DNA of 63,875 nt, the filler included, from Octopus bimaculoides (taxonomy: Eukaryota), in the NCBI RefSeq assembly GCF_001194135.2. It is 3 parts of 3 records of this genome, joined end to end, with 100 filler letters (N's around TTAATTAATTAA, not from the genome) between each part and the next. Parts side by side here need not be neighbours in the genome. Positions count along the whole stretch, not along the records: positions 30,111 to 61,861 come from NC_069001.1; 2 more parts are not named here. One strand, given 5' to 3'. A program made the translations under genes and the position numbers. Shown one piece after another: positions 37,229 through 52,224 of this stretch. The notes below the pieces were generated by a model that was not told where the DNA came from, searched no databases, and saw only the letters and a program-made list of their open reading frames with translations. The number at the start of each line of letters is the position of its first letter. Position 1 is the first letter of the stretch.

Positions 37229-37949
37229 GATGCATTTCGACTAAAAGATTAGCATTGGCATAATTATAAATGTGCGGACGTCGTCGACATCGATGTAATC
37301 ATTTCAGTAAAGCTAAATGATAGCGAAAGATAGTGGAAGATAAGGACGTAAAATTTCATAGAAAATTCCTTGCCATTCGTCTCGATGTCCCTGGAGAAAT
37401 CAGTTGTTGCTATATCTTAGAAATAAATCCACTTCGGGCGATCATATCGTCTTCTCTAAATGCATTAATTTATTTGATTTCCTCCATACAAAGTGAATGA
37501 TATAACAAGCACAAGCAGAACGATTCGCTGTCTCACTTACAGAATGAATAGCTATGCTGTTCGCCGTTCGCCGCCATCGTCGACTTGGGATTCTGAGCTA
37601 AGCTGATATTCGTAAACCTTACTTTCGTATAATTTTCTGCTTTACTTTGAAGACATGTCGTATGCATCATACCTCGTTATGAATTAATTTTCCCCTCTTG
37701 CTTTTATCTGTCTTTATTAACTGTGTTCGTGTTATCGTGGTTATTAAAATTACAAACTATACCTTCGTAGCTGTAATTGTATGAAGTTCATTCTATCTGA
37801 AGTGGAGGCAGTAAATGAATATTAACGACAATGCATAGGATGCGACGGATGAACTTAACTTGATGGTAACAGCTCACGAAAGGTCTTTGATAATCGAGAA
37901 GAGGTTTCCAGGGACACACAAATATTGATTGTGGATGCAGATAGCATCG

Positions 37950-38450
37950 GTGTTCGAACTCACAGAGTGTATCTCTCGATACACTGCGAGAGGAAACGCT
38001 GCATGGTCATCTGATCTGTTAGAAATAACAGACAAATCTGCCTCAGATTATACGATATTTTTTTTTTCATTTTATTCTTTACCCTACGAGAGGACATCAG
38101 GTGTACTACAGGGATCCATTCTTGGGCCCTTTCTGTTTGTTGGATATAGATGCCAACTTGAATGTTACAGTGTTGAAATATGCAGATCACATCAATCTGT
38201 ATCTTGAGATAAAAAGAACAGATTCTATGCGCTATAGATCTTTCCTGCAATCAGACCTGGACACAGTGCAGCAATGGGGTTCTGACTGGCAACTCAAGCT
38301 AGCTGTGGGCAAGTGCGACATCATGCACACTTTGGAGGGGATGGCAGTCTTTAAATACTCCTTCAACAACACCAATATCAAGAAGTCTTCTACTGAATGT
38401 CATCTGGGTATTATTGTAAACAGTGATCTGCGTTGGACAAACCACATCTC
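37950..38450 (+). mobile_element. CR1/L2-type LINE reverse transcriptase remnant
   Basis: TSGVLQGSILGPFLF, KYADHINLY, LQSDLDTVQQWGSDWQLKLAVGKCDIMH, HLGIIVNSDLRWTNHI (ORFs 37929-38207 and 38101-38766). Confidence 0.93.
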
Positions 38451-38582
38451 TTTCAGTTTTTCTCAGTCAAACCCACTCACAAGACCTTGGTCGGCCCGGA
38501 GCTACAGGTGTCACACAGTGGGTCTGAACTCGGATCCATGTGGTTGGGTTGCAAACTTCTTACCACACATCCACGCCTGCGC
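38451..38582 (-). mobile_element. SINE family D head truncating the CR1 fragment
   Basis: CTTGGTCGGCCCGG...GAACTCGGATCCATGTGGTTGGG...CCACGCCTGCGC. Confidence 0.85.
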
Positions 38583-39084
38583 ATTGCGCGTATGTTTGCG
38601 CGCTCTCGTGTTGCCGAAAGACATAAGATGCACGCGTAATTTAAATAGTTATCGTTTCGTTTCTTGGTTTTTTTTTCCCCCAGTAATGCTCCTTAATTTC
38701 ATCGAAAATATAAATTTGCAAATTTTCACTTTAGCAGAAAAATTAGCTGAAGTATTGCATTCTTGATGGTGTGCAGATAGCAAGCTTTCTCCCATGAAAC
38801 TTAAGTGGTAGAGTTATATATGTTAAGTTCTATATAATACTACAGCCATTAATATTTCCGAACTGGAGGCATATACTCGTTATCATAACAGTGTAGTAAT
38901 AGCTTGTTGCGTATTTCTTTGACGACCAGCTGGATGCGAGCGCGTGTGTTTGTCTGTGTGTTTTATTCAGCATCATTTTGTATTACATTATGTTATAGCT
39001 CTGGATTCAATGTAATTATTATGTTCAAATTCACAGACGAATTTGGCAGAGTTTGTATGAAAATATTCTCACTATATTTGAAAT

Positions 39085-39139
<55 letters not shown>

Positions 39140-39600
39140 ATATGTGTGTGTGTGTTTGTGTATGTATGTATATATGTGTGTGTGTTTGTGTATGTATGTA
39201 TATATATGTGTGTATGTATATGTGTGTGTTTGTGTGTGTATATATATAATGTTTGTGTATGTATGTAATAATGTAGCTACGTATATGTTTGTATGTATGT
39301 AGTAATGTAATTATGTATATGTATGTAATAATGTAGCTATGTATATGTTTGTATGTATGTATGTCATAATATAGCTATGTATATATTTGTGTGTGTGTGT
39401 ATATATAATGTATCTATGAATATGCGTGTGTTTGTGTATATAATGTGTATATGCGTGTGTTTGTGTATATATCATAGGTATATGTGTGTATATATATGTG
39501 TGTATATACATATGTGTGTATATATATGTGTATGTTTATTTCTGTGTGTGCATAAGATAGATATATATGCATAGATAGATAGACGCATGCATGCATGCAA
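39085..39600. repeat. Compound (TG)/(TATG) microsatellite field
   Basis: Directly visible. Confidence 0.9.
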
Positions 39601-41164
39601 TGAAAAGTGGTTTGAAGTTTTATTGGGCAAAAACAGACAGAAATGAATAAATAAGACAAAACTGTAAAACTACTTTGAAAATAATTGCAAAACACAGAAC
39701 TGAAGAAAGATATGATTAAATCAGAGAAGTTGAGCGAGAAGAACAAGTGATATACATTCGCATAGACACACGAAACCGACGGAGACAAAGACACACGCAC
39801 ACGTAGATATGTAAGTAGGTAGACTAGTAAGTAGAAAGGTAGGTAGGGGGGTAGAAATGTATATCACACATACATACTTAGAGAGAGAGAGAGAGAGATA
39901 AATGGCCAGTTTGATCTCTGTGTCTGTCTTAGTATCACTCACGCGTCAGGTTTTCTCTTGCCGATGGGCAGGCAGTCAGGCAGACACTCATAAACCGAAA
40001 CAGACGTACAGACGGACGGACGGACAAACAGAAGCTAAAGCGAGAACATATTAAGTCCGGTCATTGTATCTTCATTTCCTTTTCGATTGTTTCGTAATTC
40101 TTATTTTCTTATTTTTTTATTATTTTCATTGTTTTTTTTTGTTTGTATGTTTGTTAGTTTGTTTTTTTTTTATCTAATATATAACTTTACTGACTTTTCT
40201 TTCCATTTTTAGTGTTTTTTTTTTTTTGCTTTTTGTTTCCAGGAAATTTGCCCATTTAGACAGAACACAAAAGACATACACAGCACACACGCACACTGAC
40301 GTACACGCTCACACACATACATACACACTCACAACCACGCACATGCACACATACATTCACACATACTACGTACATGCGTTCAGTGAATTGTGTGCATATA
40401 CGTGTGTGCAAATAGTCATATATGNNNNNNNNNNNNNNNNNNNNNNNNNNNNNNNNNNNNNNNNNNNNNNNNNNNNNNNNNNNNNNNNNNNNNNNNNNNN
40501 NNNNNNNNNNNNNNNNNNNNNNNNNNNNNNNNNNNNNNNNNNNNNNNNNNNNNNNNNNNNNNNNNNNNNNNNNNNNNNNNNNNNNNNNNNNNNNNNNNNN
40601 NNNNNNNNNNNNNNNNNNNNNNNNNNNNNNNNNNNNNNNNNNNNNNNNNNNNNNNNNNNNNNNNNNNNNNNNNNNNNNNNNNNNNNNNNNNNNNNNNNNN
40701 NNNNNNNNNNNNNNNNNNNNNNNNNNNNNNNNNNNNNNNNNNNNNNNNNNNNNNNNNNNNNNNNNNNNNNNNNNNNNNNNNNNNNNNNNNNNNNNNNNNN
40801 NNNNNNNNNNNNNNNNNNNNNNNNNNNNNNNNNNNNNNNNNNNNNNNNNNNNNNNNNNNNNNNNNNNNNNNNNNNNNNNNNNNNNNNNNNNNNNNNNNNN
40901 NNNNNNNNNNNNNNNNNNNNNNNNNNNNNNNNNNNNNNNNNNNNNNNNNNNNNNNNNNNNNNNNNNNNNNNNNNNNNNNNNNNNNNNNNNNNNNNNNNNN
41001 NNNNNNNNNNNNNNNNNNNNNAGTTACAAAACCAGTGGCACAATAGAGATAGAGCAACCCGAAACCAACTGCACTTCGAGTTTTTTACATTTGTTTACCT
41101 TAGAAGGAAGTTCTGAAAACTAGCGGTCCTTCACTCCCAGTGGTTCATAAATTATCATAAAAAG

Positions 41165-41378
41165 TAAACTTTTCCTTTCCGAGTCATGTCTACTCATAAG
41201 GGCCGGTTTCCATGGCGAATAAGTTCCCCACCTGGATGGGGCGCAAGTCCATCCCATGATTACTTCTTTTTGCCTACTGAGTGGACTGGAGCAACATGAA
41301 ATGAAGTGTTTTGCTCAAGAACACAATGCGTCGCCCGGTCCAGGAATCGAAACCACAATCTTACGATCTTGAGTACCC
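41165..41378 (-). mobile_element. SINE family E
   Basis: Reverse complement of 33700-33925 (GAGTGGACTGGAGCAACATGAAATG...GGAATCGAAACC). Confidence 0.9.
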
Positions 41379-41399
41379 TTCTTCCGTTTGTCCACTCAC

Positions 41400-41720
41400 T
41401 CGTATATACATGTGTGTGTATGTGTGTGTGTACTTGTGTGTCTGTGTTTGCCCCCACCCGCTCCACCGTCGCTTGACAACCGATCTTGGCGTGTTTACGT
41501 CCCCGTAACTTAGCGGCTCGGCAAAAGGAGAAACCGATAGAGTAAGTACTAGGCTTACAAAGAGAAAGTCCTGGGGAAGGTCGATTTGTTCGACTAAAGG
41601 CAGTGCTCCATATATAGGCGCAGGCGTGGCTCTGTGGTAAAAGGTTTGCATCCCAACCACGTAGTTCCGGATTCAGTCGTGTCAAATGTCTCCTACTATT
41701 GCCTCAGGTCGACCAAAACC

Positions 41721-41765
<45 letters not shown>

Positions 41766-42220
41766 TAAGTTTGACTCCCACCACCGCTTGCCTATTGTTG
41801 TTGGTGTTTCTACGCCCGTACCTTAGTGGTTCGGCAAAATAGGCTGATAGAATGAGTACCAGACGTTTTCTTTAAAAATGTCTTTTATTATTGCCTCGGG
41901 CCGACCAAAGCCTTTTAAGTGGACTTGTTAGACGGAAACTGAAGGAAGCCTGTTGTATATGTAATATATATATATATATAATGTGTGGTGTGTCTTACTG
42001 TCTGTTTTTGTCCCCCACCATCTCTTGATAACCGATGTTAGTGTATTTACGTTCCCGTAATCTAGCGGTTTGGCAAAAAGAGACCGATGGAATAAATACT
42101 AAGCTTACAAAGAATAAATCCCGGGGTCGATTTCTTCGACTAAAAAAAAATCTCTATAACCTTTATGGCGGTGCTCCAGCATGACCGCAGTGAAATGACT
42201 GAAACAAGTGACAGAATACA
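41400..42220 (+). mobile_element. Three tandem SINE family D copies or fragments
   Basis: Repeated CGATAG/GAATAAGTAC...GTCGATTT and TTGCCTCGGGCCGACCAAAG blocks. Confidence 0.88.
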
Positions 42221-42980
42221 TTCCTATGTTTACGCACATCTGTATGTCTGTATGTATAGGATGTGTATGTGTATATATGTGGTTATATTGTTTAAACGCA
42301 CAGAATACAGCAGGAATTACTGACAGCTATATCCACTACTACGCCAGCTGAAATAATTACAACAACAGCAACAATCACAACAACTACATCAAACACAGCG
42401 GTAAATAATGGACTAATTCTAAACTGTACAAAAATTAGTGCCATAATTGAAACGCAGCTAGCGCCACCTATATTAACTTTATTGTTTATCACGTTTATCT
42501 CGGTAAATATACACAAGAGACAGTTTTGGCTATTCAACGGACAGGAGAGGAGGAGTAGTGAGAGAGAGAGAGAGGGGGGGGAGACGAAAGATTGTGTTGT
42601 GTGTTGAAAGAAATTTTAATTTGTTTCTGTGAGAATGTTGGAATATGTAAGTAGTTGTGTGTCACTGTATTCAATTGTGCGTGTGGACATTTTCGTGTAT
42701 ATACATATATACAATGTGTGTGTGAGTGTGCATATATGTCTATGTGCGTGTATATATGTGTGTATGTGTCTATATATATATATATGTGTGTGTGTGTGAT
42801 TCACTTAGTGTAAACAAAATAAGAGACAATGCGTAGCGTTCCGTTACATAAGTTAAAAAAAAAACATATATAAGCACAAATAAAGGGGAAACAAACAAAA
42901 GGTCACGAAATCCTCATCAGTTATCGGCCACAGGCTCTCCCTCCCCTCTCTCTCTCTCTCTCTCTCTCTCNNNNNNNNNN

Positions 42981-43330
42981 TCCGGGTTCAGTCCCACTGC
43001 GTGGCACCTTGGGCAAGTGACTTTTACTATGGTCTCGGGTCGACCAAAACCTTCAGTGGGTTTGTTAGATGGAAACTGAAAGAAGCACATATATATATGT
43101 AGAGAGAGAGATATATAATGTCTTCATGTCTTTGTTCCCCACCCCCATCGTTTGACTACCGATGTTGGTGTGCTTACGTCGCCGTAACTTACCTGTTCGA
43201 CAAAAGAACCGATGGAATATGTACCAAGGTTTTAATGAATAAGTCCTAGGGTTACTTTCTTCGACAACAAATCCCTTTGAGGCAGTGCTCCAGCATGGCC
43301 ACAGTCAAATACCTAAAAAAAAACGTAAAA
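42981..43330 (+). mobile_element. SINE family D
   Basis: TCCGGGTTCAGTCCCACTGCGTGGCACCTTGGGCAAG...GTGCTCCAGCATGGCCACAGTCAAAT. Confidence 0.92.
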
Positions 43331-43369
43331 GAAGAAAAGAATATATGTCATTATGTATAAGCAATACTT

Positions 43370-43420
<51 letters not shown>

Positions 43421-44289
43421 ANNNNNNNNNNNNNNNNNNNNNNNNNNNNNNNNNNNNNNNNNNNNNNNNNNNNNNNNNNNNNNNNNNNNNNNNNNNNNNN
43501 NNNNNNNNNNNNNNNNNNNNNNNNNNNNNNNNNNNNNNNNNNNNNNNNNNNNNNNNNNNNNNNNNNNNNNNNNNNNNNNNNNNNNNNNNNNNNNNNNNNN
43601 NNNNNNNNNNNNNNNNNNNNNNNNNNNNNNNNNNNNNNNNNNNNNNNNNNNNNNNNNNNNNNNNNNNNNNNNNNNNNNNNNNNNNNNNNNNNNNNNNNNN
43701 NNNNNNNNNNNNNNNNNNNNNNNNNNNNNNNNNNNNNNNNNNNNNNNNNNNNNNNNNNNNNNNNNNNNNNNNNNNNNNNNNNNNNNNNNNNNNNNNNNNN
43801 NNNNNNNNNNNNNNNNNNNNNNNNNNNNNNNNNNNNNNNNNNNNNNNNNNNNNNNNNNNNNNNNNNNNNNNNNNNNNNNNNNNNNNNNNNNNNNNNNNNN
43901 NNNNNNNNNNNNNNNNNNNNNNNNNNNNNNNNNNNNNNNNNNNNNNNNNNNNNNNNNNNNNNNNNNNNNNNNNNNNNNNNNNNNNNNNNNNNNNNNNNNN
44001 NNNNNNNNNNNNNNNNNNNNNNNNNNNNNNNNNNNNNNNNNNNNNNNNNNNNNNNNNNNNNNNNNNNNNNNNNNNNNNNNNNNNNNNNNNNNNNNNNNNN
44101 NNNNNNNNNNNNNNNNNNNNNNNNNNNNNNNNNNNNNNNNNNNNNNNNNNNNNNNNNNNNNNNNNNNNNNNNNNNNNNNNNNNNNNNNNNNNNNNNNNNN
44201 NNNNNNNNNNNNNNNNNNNNNNNNNNNNNNNNNNNNNNNNNNNNNNNNNNNNNNNNNNNNNNNNNNNATATATATATATATATATAGGG

Positions 44290-44606
44290 TAAAGACTCCC
44301 TTCGGTCATGAATCATGAATGACTATGGAATTGCACCTAGAAAGTTCCCCTCCAAGGCACAAGTCCGGGCAACGTTGTTTATGGAAGACCAGCAGTCATC
44401 CATTCTCCATGTCATTGATGTTACCCAAGAGAAAGGCAAAGGGGCTGATACAGCTTCGCACCAATAATGTCGCAACTCATTTCCTACAGCTGAGTGAACT
44501 GGAGCAACGTGAAATAAAGTGTCTTGGTCAAGAATACAACATACAGTCCAGTCCTGGAATCGAACTCACTATCGTTATGATTTTGAGCCCGGCACTCTAA
44601 CCATTG
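44290..44606 (-). mobile_element. tRNA-headed SINE family F
   Basis: Head CAATGGTTAGAGTGCCGG...GTTCGATTCC, E-type post-head block, distinct 3' body ending CATGACCGAAGGGAGTCTTTACCC. Confidence 0.9.
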
Positions 44607-44822
44607 AAAAAACAACAACGTGACGACGGGCGTCGGGCAGAAGCGGCTTACCAGAAGCGGAAGGCAAGAGAACGAGTCTGGAAGGCAAGAGAACGAGTCT
44701 GGAAGGCGTTCTTTAAAAACCCCTATCATTTCTCGAAGAGTCTGTTTGAGGCTGGGAAATCTGGAGAGTTGGAGGCGATGGTGGAAGACCTGCAGGAGCG
44801 TTTACACAAAACATATACCGAT
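44607..44822 (+). mobile_element. Fragment of an RLE-type non-LTR retrotransposon (Hero-like)
   Basis: RRAEAAYQKRKARERVWKAFFKNPYHFSKSLFEAGKSGELEAMVEDLQERLHKTYTD resembles the pre-RT block of Hero elements (RRAE...F..DPF.F.K.LF...KSG.L...LE.HL.KTYSD). Internal 21-bp duplication at 44659-44700. Confidence 0.6.
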
Positions 44823-44999
44823 GCTTTTTTTTCTGTATCCTCCATGTTATTTAAAAGAACTGATTTCTTTTCCATATTTCGATTTTATCTCCGGATGAAA
44901 CGGTTTCTCCATCGCATTCAAATTAATTCTCAATTTTTATACATAAATTACGTAACTGTAAGCATATTGCTGTTTGTATTCTGACAGAGGAAAATGCTG

Positions 45000-45212
45000 C
45001 AGAGCGTAACTGAAATATATATGAAACCTGTGGCCTTGTCAGAAGGCAGCTCATTCCAATGTCATTTCATCAGATGACAGTCGATTTCAATGTGGACATC
45101 AAAGATAAAAAAAAGTATCCTCGCCGCTGATCTACACAATGAAGGATAAGTATAGAGAATCAACTATCGTCTGTCTGGTTGCTATTTCAAAGTCCTTTTG
45201 ACATTGCACCTT
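45000..45212 (+). mobile_element. Possible LINE RT remnant
   Basis: KPVAL and VAISKS(F)DIAP (LDISKAFD-like, needs one frameshift); cut by an N gap. Confidence 0.3.
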
Positions 45213-45785
45213 NNNNNNNNNNNNNNNNNNNNNNNNNNNNNNNNNNNNNNNNNNNNNNNNNNNNNNNNNNNNNNNNNNNNNNNNNNNNNNNNNNNNNNNN
45301 NNNNNNNNNNNNNNNNNNNNNNNNNNNNNNNNNNNNNNNNNNNNNNNNNNNNNNNNNNNNNNNNNNNNNNNNNNNNNNNNNNNNNNNNNNNNNNNNNNNN
45401 NNNNNNNNNNNNNNNNNNNNNNNNNNNNNNNNNNNNNNNNNNNNNNNNNNNNNNNNNNNNNNNNNNNNNNNNNNNNNNNNNNNNNNNNNNNNNNNNNNNN
45501 NNNNNNNNNNNNNNNNNNNNNNNNNNNNNNNNNNNNNNNNNNNNNNNNNNNNNNNNNNNNNNNNNNNNNNNNNNNNNNNNNNNNNNNNNNNNNNNNNNNN
45601 NNNNNNNNNNNNNNNNNNNNNNNNNNNNNNNNNNNNNNNNNNNNNNNNNNNNNNNNNNNNNNNNNNNNNNNNNNNNNNNNNNNNNNNNNNNNNNNNNNNN
45701 NNNNNNNNNNNNNNNNNNNNNNNNNNNNNNNNNNNNNNNNNNNNNNNNNNNNNNNNNNNNNNNNNNNNNNNNNNNNNNNNNNNNN

Positions 45786-45820
<35 letters not shown>

Positions 45821-46346
45821 AATGTGAGTGTGTGTAGTACATATATATATAATATTTACACACACACATATATATAAAACAGTCTGGCATTTTATTTTCT
45901 TTATTTCTACTTAATTTTTGTTTAGATACTTTTTTTTTTACTTTTTTCGCTTTCGTTAGGTTTTTTTTTCTTTATATATTTACATATTTATTCTCCTTTC
46001 GGTTTCAACACAATTATGGAATATATAAAGTCTTAACGTTATAATTCTCATTTCGCCTAGCTTTACTATTTCTAGCTACAGGCTTTCACACAATCTGTGA
46101 TTTAATAGATTTCTATTTCCATGTCTATAATAGGAAACATTCCACTTTAACGGCCGACTTACCCGTACCAAAATTAACCGTCTATATACGCATCATGTAT
46201 CTATCTGTATATCTATGTGTGTCTCAGGTATATATATATATATGTGTGTGTGTGTGTAAAAATATACGTTGTTAAATACATATATATGAGCATACATACA
46301 CATATAGTAAATAATATATAGTAAATAATATATGTAATAATATATG

Positions 46347-46384
<38 letters not shown>

Positions 46385-46439
46385 CACAAACACATACAAG
46401 CTACACGTGGGTGGAAGCATTTGTTATATGCATACATAG

Positions 46440-47869
<1,430 letters not shown>

Positions 47870-48553
47870 NNNNNNNNNNNNNNNNNNNNNNNNNNNNNNN
47901 NNNNNNNNNNNNNNNNNNNNNNNNNNNNNNNNNNNNNNNNNNNNNNNNNNNNNNNNNNNNNNNNNNNNNNNNNNNNNNNNNNNNNNNNNNNNNNNNNNNN
48001 NNNNNNNNNNNNNNNNNNNNNNNNNNNNNNNNNNNNNNNNNNNNNNNNNNNNNNNNNNNNNNNNNNNNNNNNNNNNNNNNNNNNNNNNNNNNNNNNNNNN
48101 NNNNNNNNNNNNNNNNNNNNNNNNNNNNNNNNNNNNNNNNNNNNNNNNNNNNNNNNNNNNNNNNNNNNNNNNNNNNNNNNNNNNNNNNNNNNNNNNNNNN
48201 NNNNNNNNNNNNNNNNNNNNNNNNNNNNNNNNNNNNNNNNNNNNNNNNNNNNNNNNNNNNNNNNNNNNNNNNNNNNNNNNNNNNNNNNNNNNNNNNNNNN
48301 NNNNNNNNNNNNNNNNNNNNNNNNNNNNNNNNNNNNNNNNNNNNNNNNNNNNNNNNNNNNNNNNNNNNNNNNNNNNNNNNNNNNNNNNNNNNNNNNNNNN
48401 NNNNNNNNNNNNNNNNNNNNNNNNNNNNNNNNNNNNNNNNNNNNNNNNNNNNNNNNNNNNNNNNNNNNNNNNNNNNNNNNNNNNNNNNNNNNNNNNNNNN
48501 NNNNNNNNNNNNNNTATATATACATATACATGCATATATATACACATATATAC

Positions 48554-48597
<44 letters not shown>

Positions 48598-50693
48598 GTA
48601 TGTATGTATGTATATATATATATATTTCTATAAAAGAGAGGGAGAACAAAGGGTAGTGAAAGCAATGGCTCACATCCTTTTTTCAACAATTTACCAAAAA
48701 AGAAAACAACTTCTGGTTCTTGCAGCAATATGTAAGTGTCTAAGCTAGAATAATTCAGTGATTCTTGAAATACCACAAACGTGGCATGGACAAGATATAA
48801 ACTGAAAAATCTATCTTCATTCAATTCTTAAAATGGCCGATGTTCGTAGATCAAATGCGAATGTTTTGACATATTGTGTTCGATCTTAATTGTGTCATCT
48901 AATGGCGTTATGGAAAAGTGGGGAATTTAAATGGATAACAGCAGACAGTATTGTACCAGTTCCTTACAAAAGCAAAATGCTATCGCTAGATTTGGTGAAA
49001 GGGAGAAACCAGTTGTTTTAAATCTTTGGATTGACCCCGGGTATACAGCTATTTATTTTTGTGAGAAAGGGAAGGAAATCTCGGACGAGATACGCACACG
49101 CACTTTCACTCACTCATACACGCCCTTATTCATAGACGCACGAACACTTACATGCCTTTTACTATTTACTTTTACTTGAATATCGATTCGAGGATTACAT
49201 AACGTGTCTTTTTGAGTGTGTGGTTTTGAGAGATTCGACTGCTGTTTTTAGCATCTCGAACGAGGATATAAGGAGATTCCTTGTCCCTTCGACATGTTGG
49301 ATCCAGTCTAGCGCGGTAGGATGGCGGAATCGTAAGAGAATCGGGCGTGATGACTTGCGCGACCATCGTTTCTTGCTATCCCCCCCCCCCGTGCTCGGAA
49401 TGTCACACTACCGACGTTCAGACATTCTTAATCTATTCGACTCTTTTCTCTTCATCACCCTCTTTGTGTCGACTTCATCCCCCACCCTCACTGCAGACCG
49501 GTCCCTACCCTAATCCCANNNNNNNNNNNNNNNNNNNNNNNNNNNNNNNNNNNNNNNNNNNNNNNNNNNNNNNNNNNNNNNNNNNNNNNNNNNNNNNNNN
49601 NNNNNNNNNNNNNNNNNNNNNNNNNNNNNNNNNNNNNNNNNNNNNNNNNNNNNNNNNNNNNNNNNNNNNNNNNNNNNNNNNNNNNNNNNNNNNNNNNNNN
49701 NNNNNNNNNNNNNNNNNNNNNNNNNNNNNNNNNNNNNNNNNNNNNNNNNNNNNNNNNNNNNNNNNNNNNNNNNNNNNNNNNNNNNNNNNNNNNNNNNNNN
49801 NNNNNNNNNNNNNNNNNNNNNNNNNNNNNNNNNNNNNNNNNNNNNNNNNNNNNNNNNNNNNNNNNNNNNNNNNNNNNNNNNNNNNNNNNNNNNNNNNNNN
49901 NNNNNNNNNNNNNNNNNNNNNNNNNNNNNNNNNNNNNNNNNNNNNNNNNNNNNNNNNNNNNNNNNNNNNNNNNNNNNNNNNNNNNNNNNNNNNNNNNNNN
50001 NNNNNNNNNNNNNNNNNNNNNNNNNNNNNNNNNNNNNNNNNNNNNNNNNNNNNNNNNNNNNNNNNNNNNNNNNNNNNNNNNNNNNNNNNNNNNNNNNNNN
50101 NNNNNNNNNNNNNNNNNNNNNNNNNNNNNNNNNNATATATATATATATATATATATATATAATGATATGATAATGATATTAGGGATAAAAATCCAAATTT
50201 ACAGGTAAAAGCTCAATTAAATTCAATTTATCAAAAATTAAAATTAAATTAAGTTTCACAGTATATAATATATAAATATATAATTTTGAGAAAAGAACCA
50301 AAGTACATGAACTCATCCACATATATAATGAGAGAGAGAAAGAAAGAGAGAGAGAAGGAAAGAGAGAGAGTATAAAAGGGATGTTATCCTGGCGGATACC
50401 GTGTTACTTCTCAAATTGATGTGAATAAATCTCCACTTTCCTTTTCGTTATCAACGTTATATATATATGTGTATGATTGTGTGTACGTATATATATTTAT
50501 GTATCTAAGTGTTTGTACATGCATGCATATTTATCGGTATGTGCGGGTATGTGAATGCGTTTTTATATTTGTGAGTCCATCTATGTAGTATCGACGTTTG
50601 TATAATATATATATATATATATATAAAAACACTCACATCATACACACGCTTGTGTGTACGTATATATGTTTACACAGTTTTATGTGTACATGC

Positions 50694-50730
<37 letters not shown>

Positions 50731-50989
50731 NNNNNNNNNNTTTTTTTGGTTCTTTTCTTGGTTATTGCTTCGTTGTTTGTTTTGGTTTGGGGTGGTGGGT
50801 TTTATTTTATTTTTATTTATTTCTTTCACTTTTTCTATTTTTAATTTTTGCTTCTTACGATGAATGACAAACGTTAATCTCATATCTCCTAAAACTCCAA
50901 GTATAATTCTTTTCGCTAGACCCCTCCCTCCACCCATCTCAATCAATCTATATCTTTCTCTGTTGCAATTCACTATATCCCATTTCTAT

Positions 50990-51199
50990 CAATGCCTGTC
51001 ACCTTCACCACCCCGCAACCGGGTTATTTCGTCTCCTTCGTTCACTTATTCGTTTTCTTCTTGTCCTTCTTCATCAGCACCATTATCATCTCCTTCTTCA
51101 GCATCGTCTTCAACCTCTGCTTCTTCACTTTCTATTTCTTCTTCACCTTCTTCAGCATCACTGCCTCTCATCTTCCTTCTCCTTCGTCTTTTCATCATT

Positions 51200-51237
<38 letters not shown>

Positions 51238-51600
51238 TATTTCTTCTTTACTATTATAATCTTCGCCTTCTTAAGCATCATCATCACCTTCAACTACTTC
51301 TAAATCTTCATCACCCTCATCTTCAACATCTTCTTCAGCATCATCATCATCGCTATCTTCCTCAACATTATTTCCTCATCGTCGTCTTTTTTCTTCAGCT
51401 TCTCTTCTTCATCATAAGCCTTTCTTCTTTGGTATCATCCTTTTCTTTACCTTTCTCCTCAGCATTAAAATCTTCTAATTCTTCATCATCATCTGCATTC
51501 TTCTACATCATCATATCGTCTTCTCTGCCCCCCCCCACTCCTCCTCCTCCTTATCCTCCTTCTCATCATCATCATCATCATCTTCTTCTTCTTAAAGTTA
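50990..51600. repeat. Degenerate (TCA/TCT/CTT)n low-complexity tract
   Basis: Directly visible. Confidence 0.85.
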
Positions 51601-51803
51601 TTCTCACATAACTTTATCTTCTCTGTATTCTATTCTTTATTATTTTATCTTTTCTTTTGGTCATAAATATCTCCGAAAATCGTAAACTTTGCAGAAACAA
51701 AATAGCAAGAAAAGAAAGAAGAATACGTGGCATGGCGAGACAAGGGTAGATTGACGAAAAATGAAGGCTTAGCCGCGCAGGAAGGAAGACTAGACTGGAC
51801 TGG

Positions 51804-51844
<41 letters not shown>

Positions 51845-52181
51845 NNNNNNNNNNAATTCTTCATCATCATCTGCATTCTTCTACATCATCATATCGTCTT
51901 CTCTGCCCCCCCCCACTCCTCCTCCTCCTTATCCTCCTTCTCATCATCATCATCATCATCTTCTTCTTCTTAAAGTTATTCTCACATAACTTTATCTTCT
52001 CTGTATTCTATTCTTTATTATTTTATCTTTTCTTTTGGTCATAAATATCTCCGAAAATCGTAAACTTTGCAGAAACAAAATAGCAAGAAAAGAAAGAAGA
52101 ATACGTGGCATGGCGAGACAAGGGTAGATTGACGAAAAATGAAGGCTTAGCCGCGCAGGAAGGAAGACTAGACTGGACTGG

Positions 52182-52222
<41 letters not shown>
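51477..52222. repeat. About 370-bp direct duplication across a 10-N gap (likely assembly overlap)
   Basis: 51477-51844 and 51855-52222 appear identical apart from (TA)n length. Confidence 0.9.

Positions 52223-52224
<2 letters not shown>

Noticed and set aside
48670-48860. Exon ending at |GTAAGT, or a mariner C-terminal remnant (KQWLTSFF)
   Set aside because: There is no acceptor, upstream stops are present, and neither reading is supportable.
51046-51237. Acidic ORF (GSDAEEGEEEIESEE...)
   Set aside because: It is the reverse translation of the TCT/TCA low-complexity tract.
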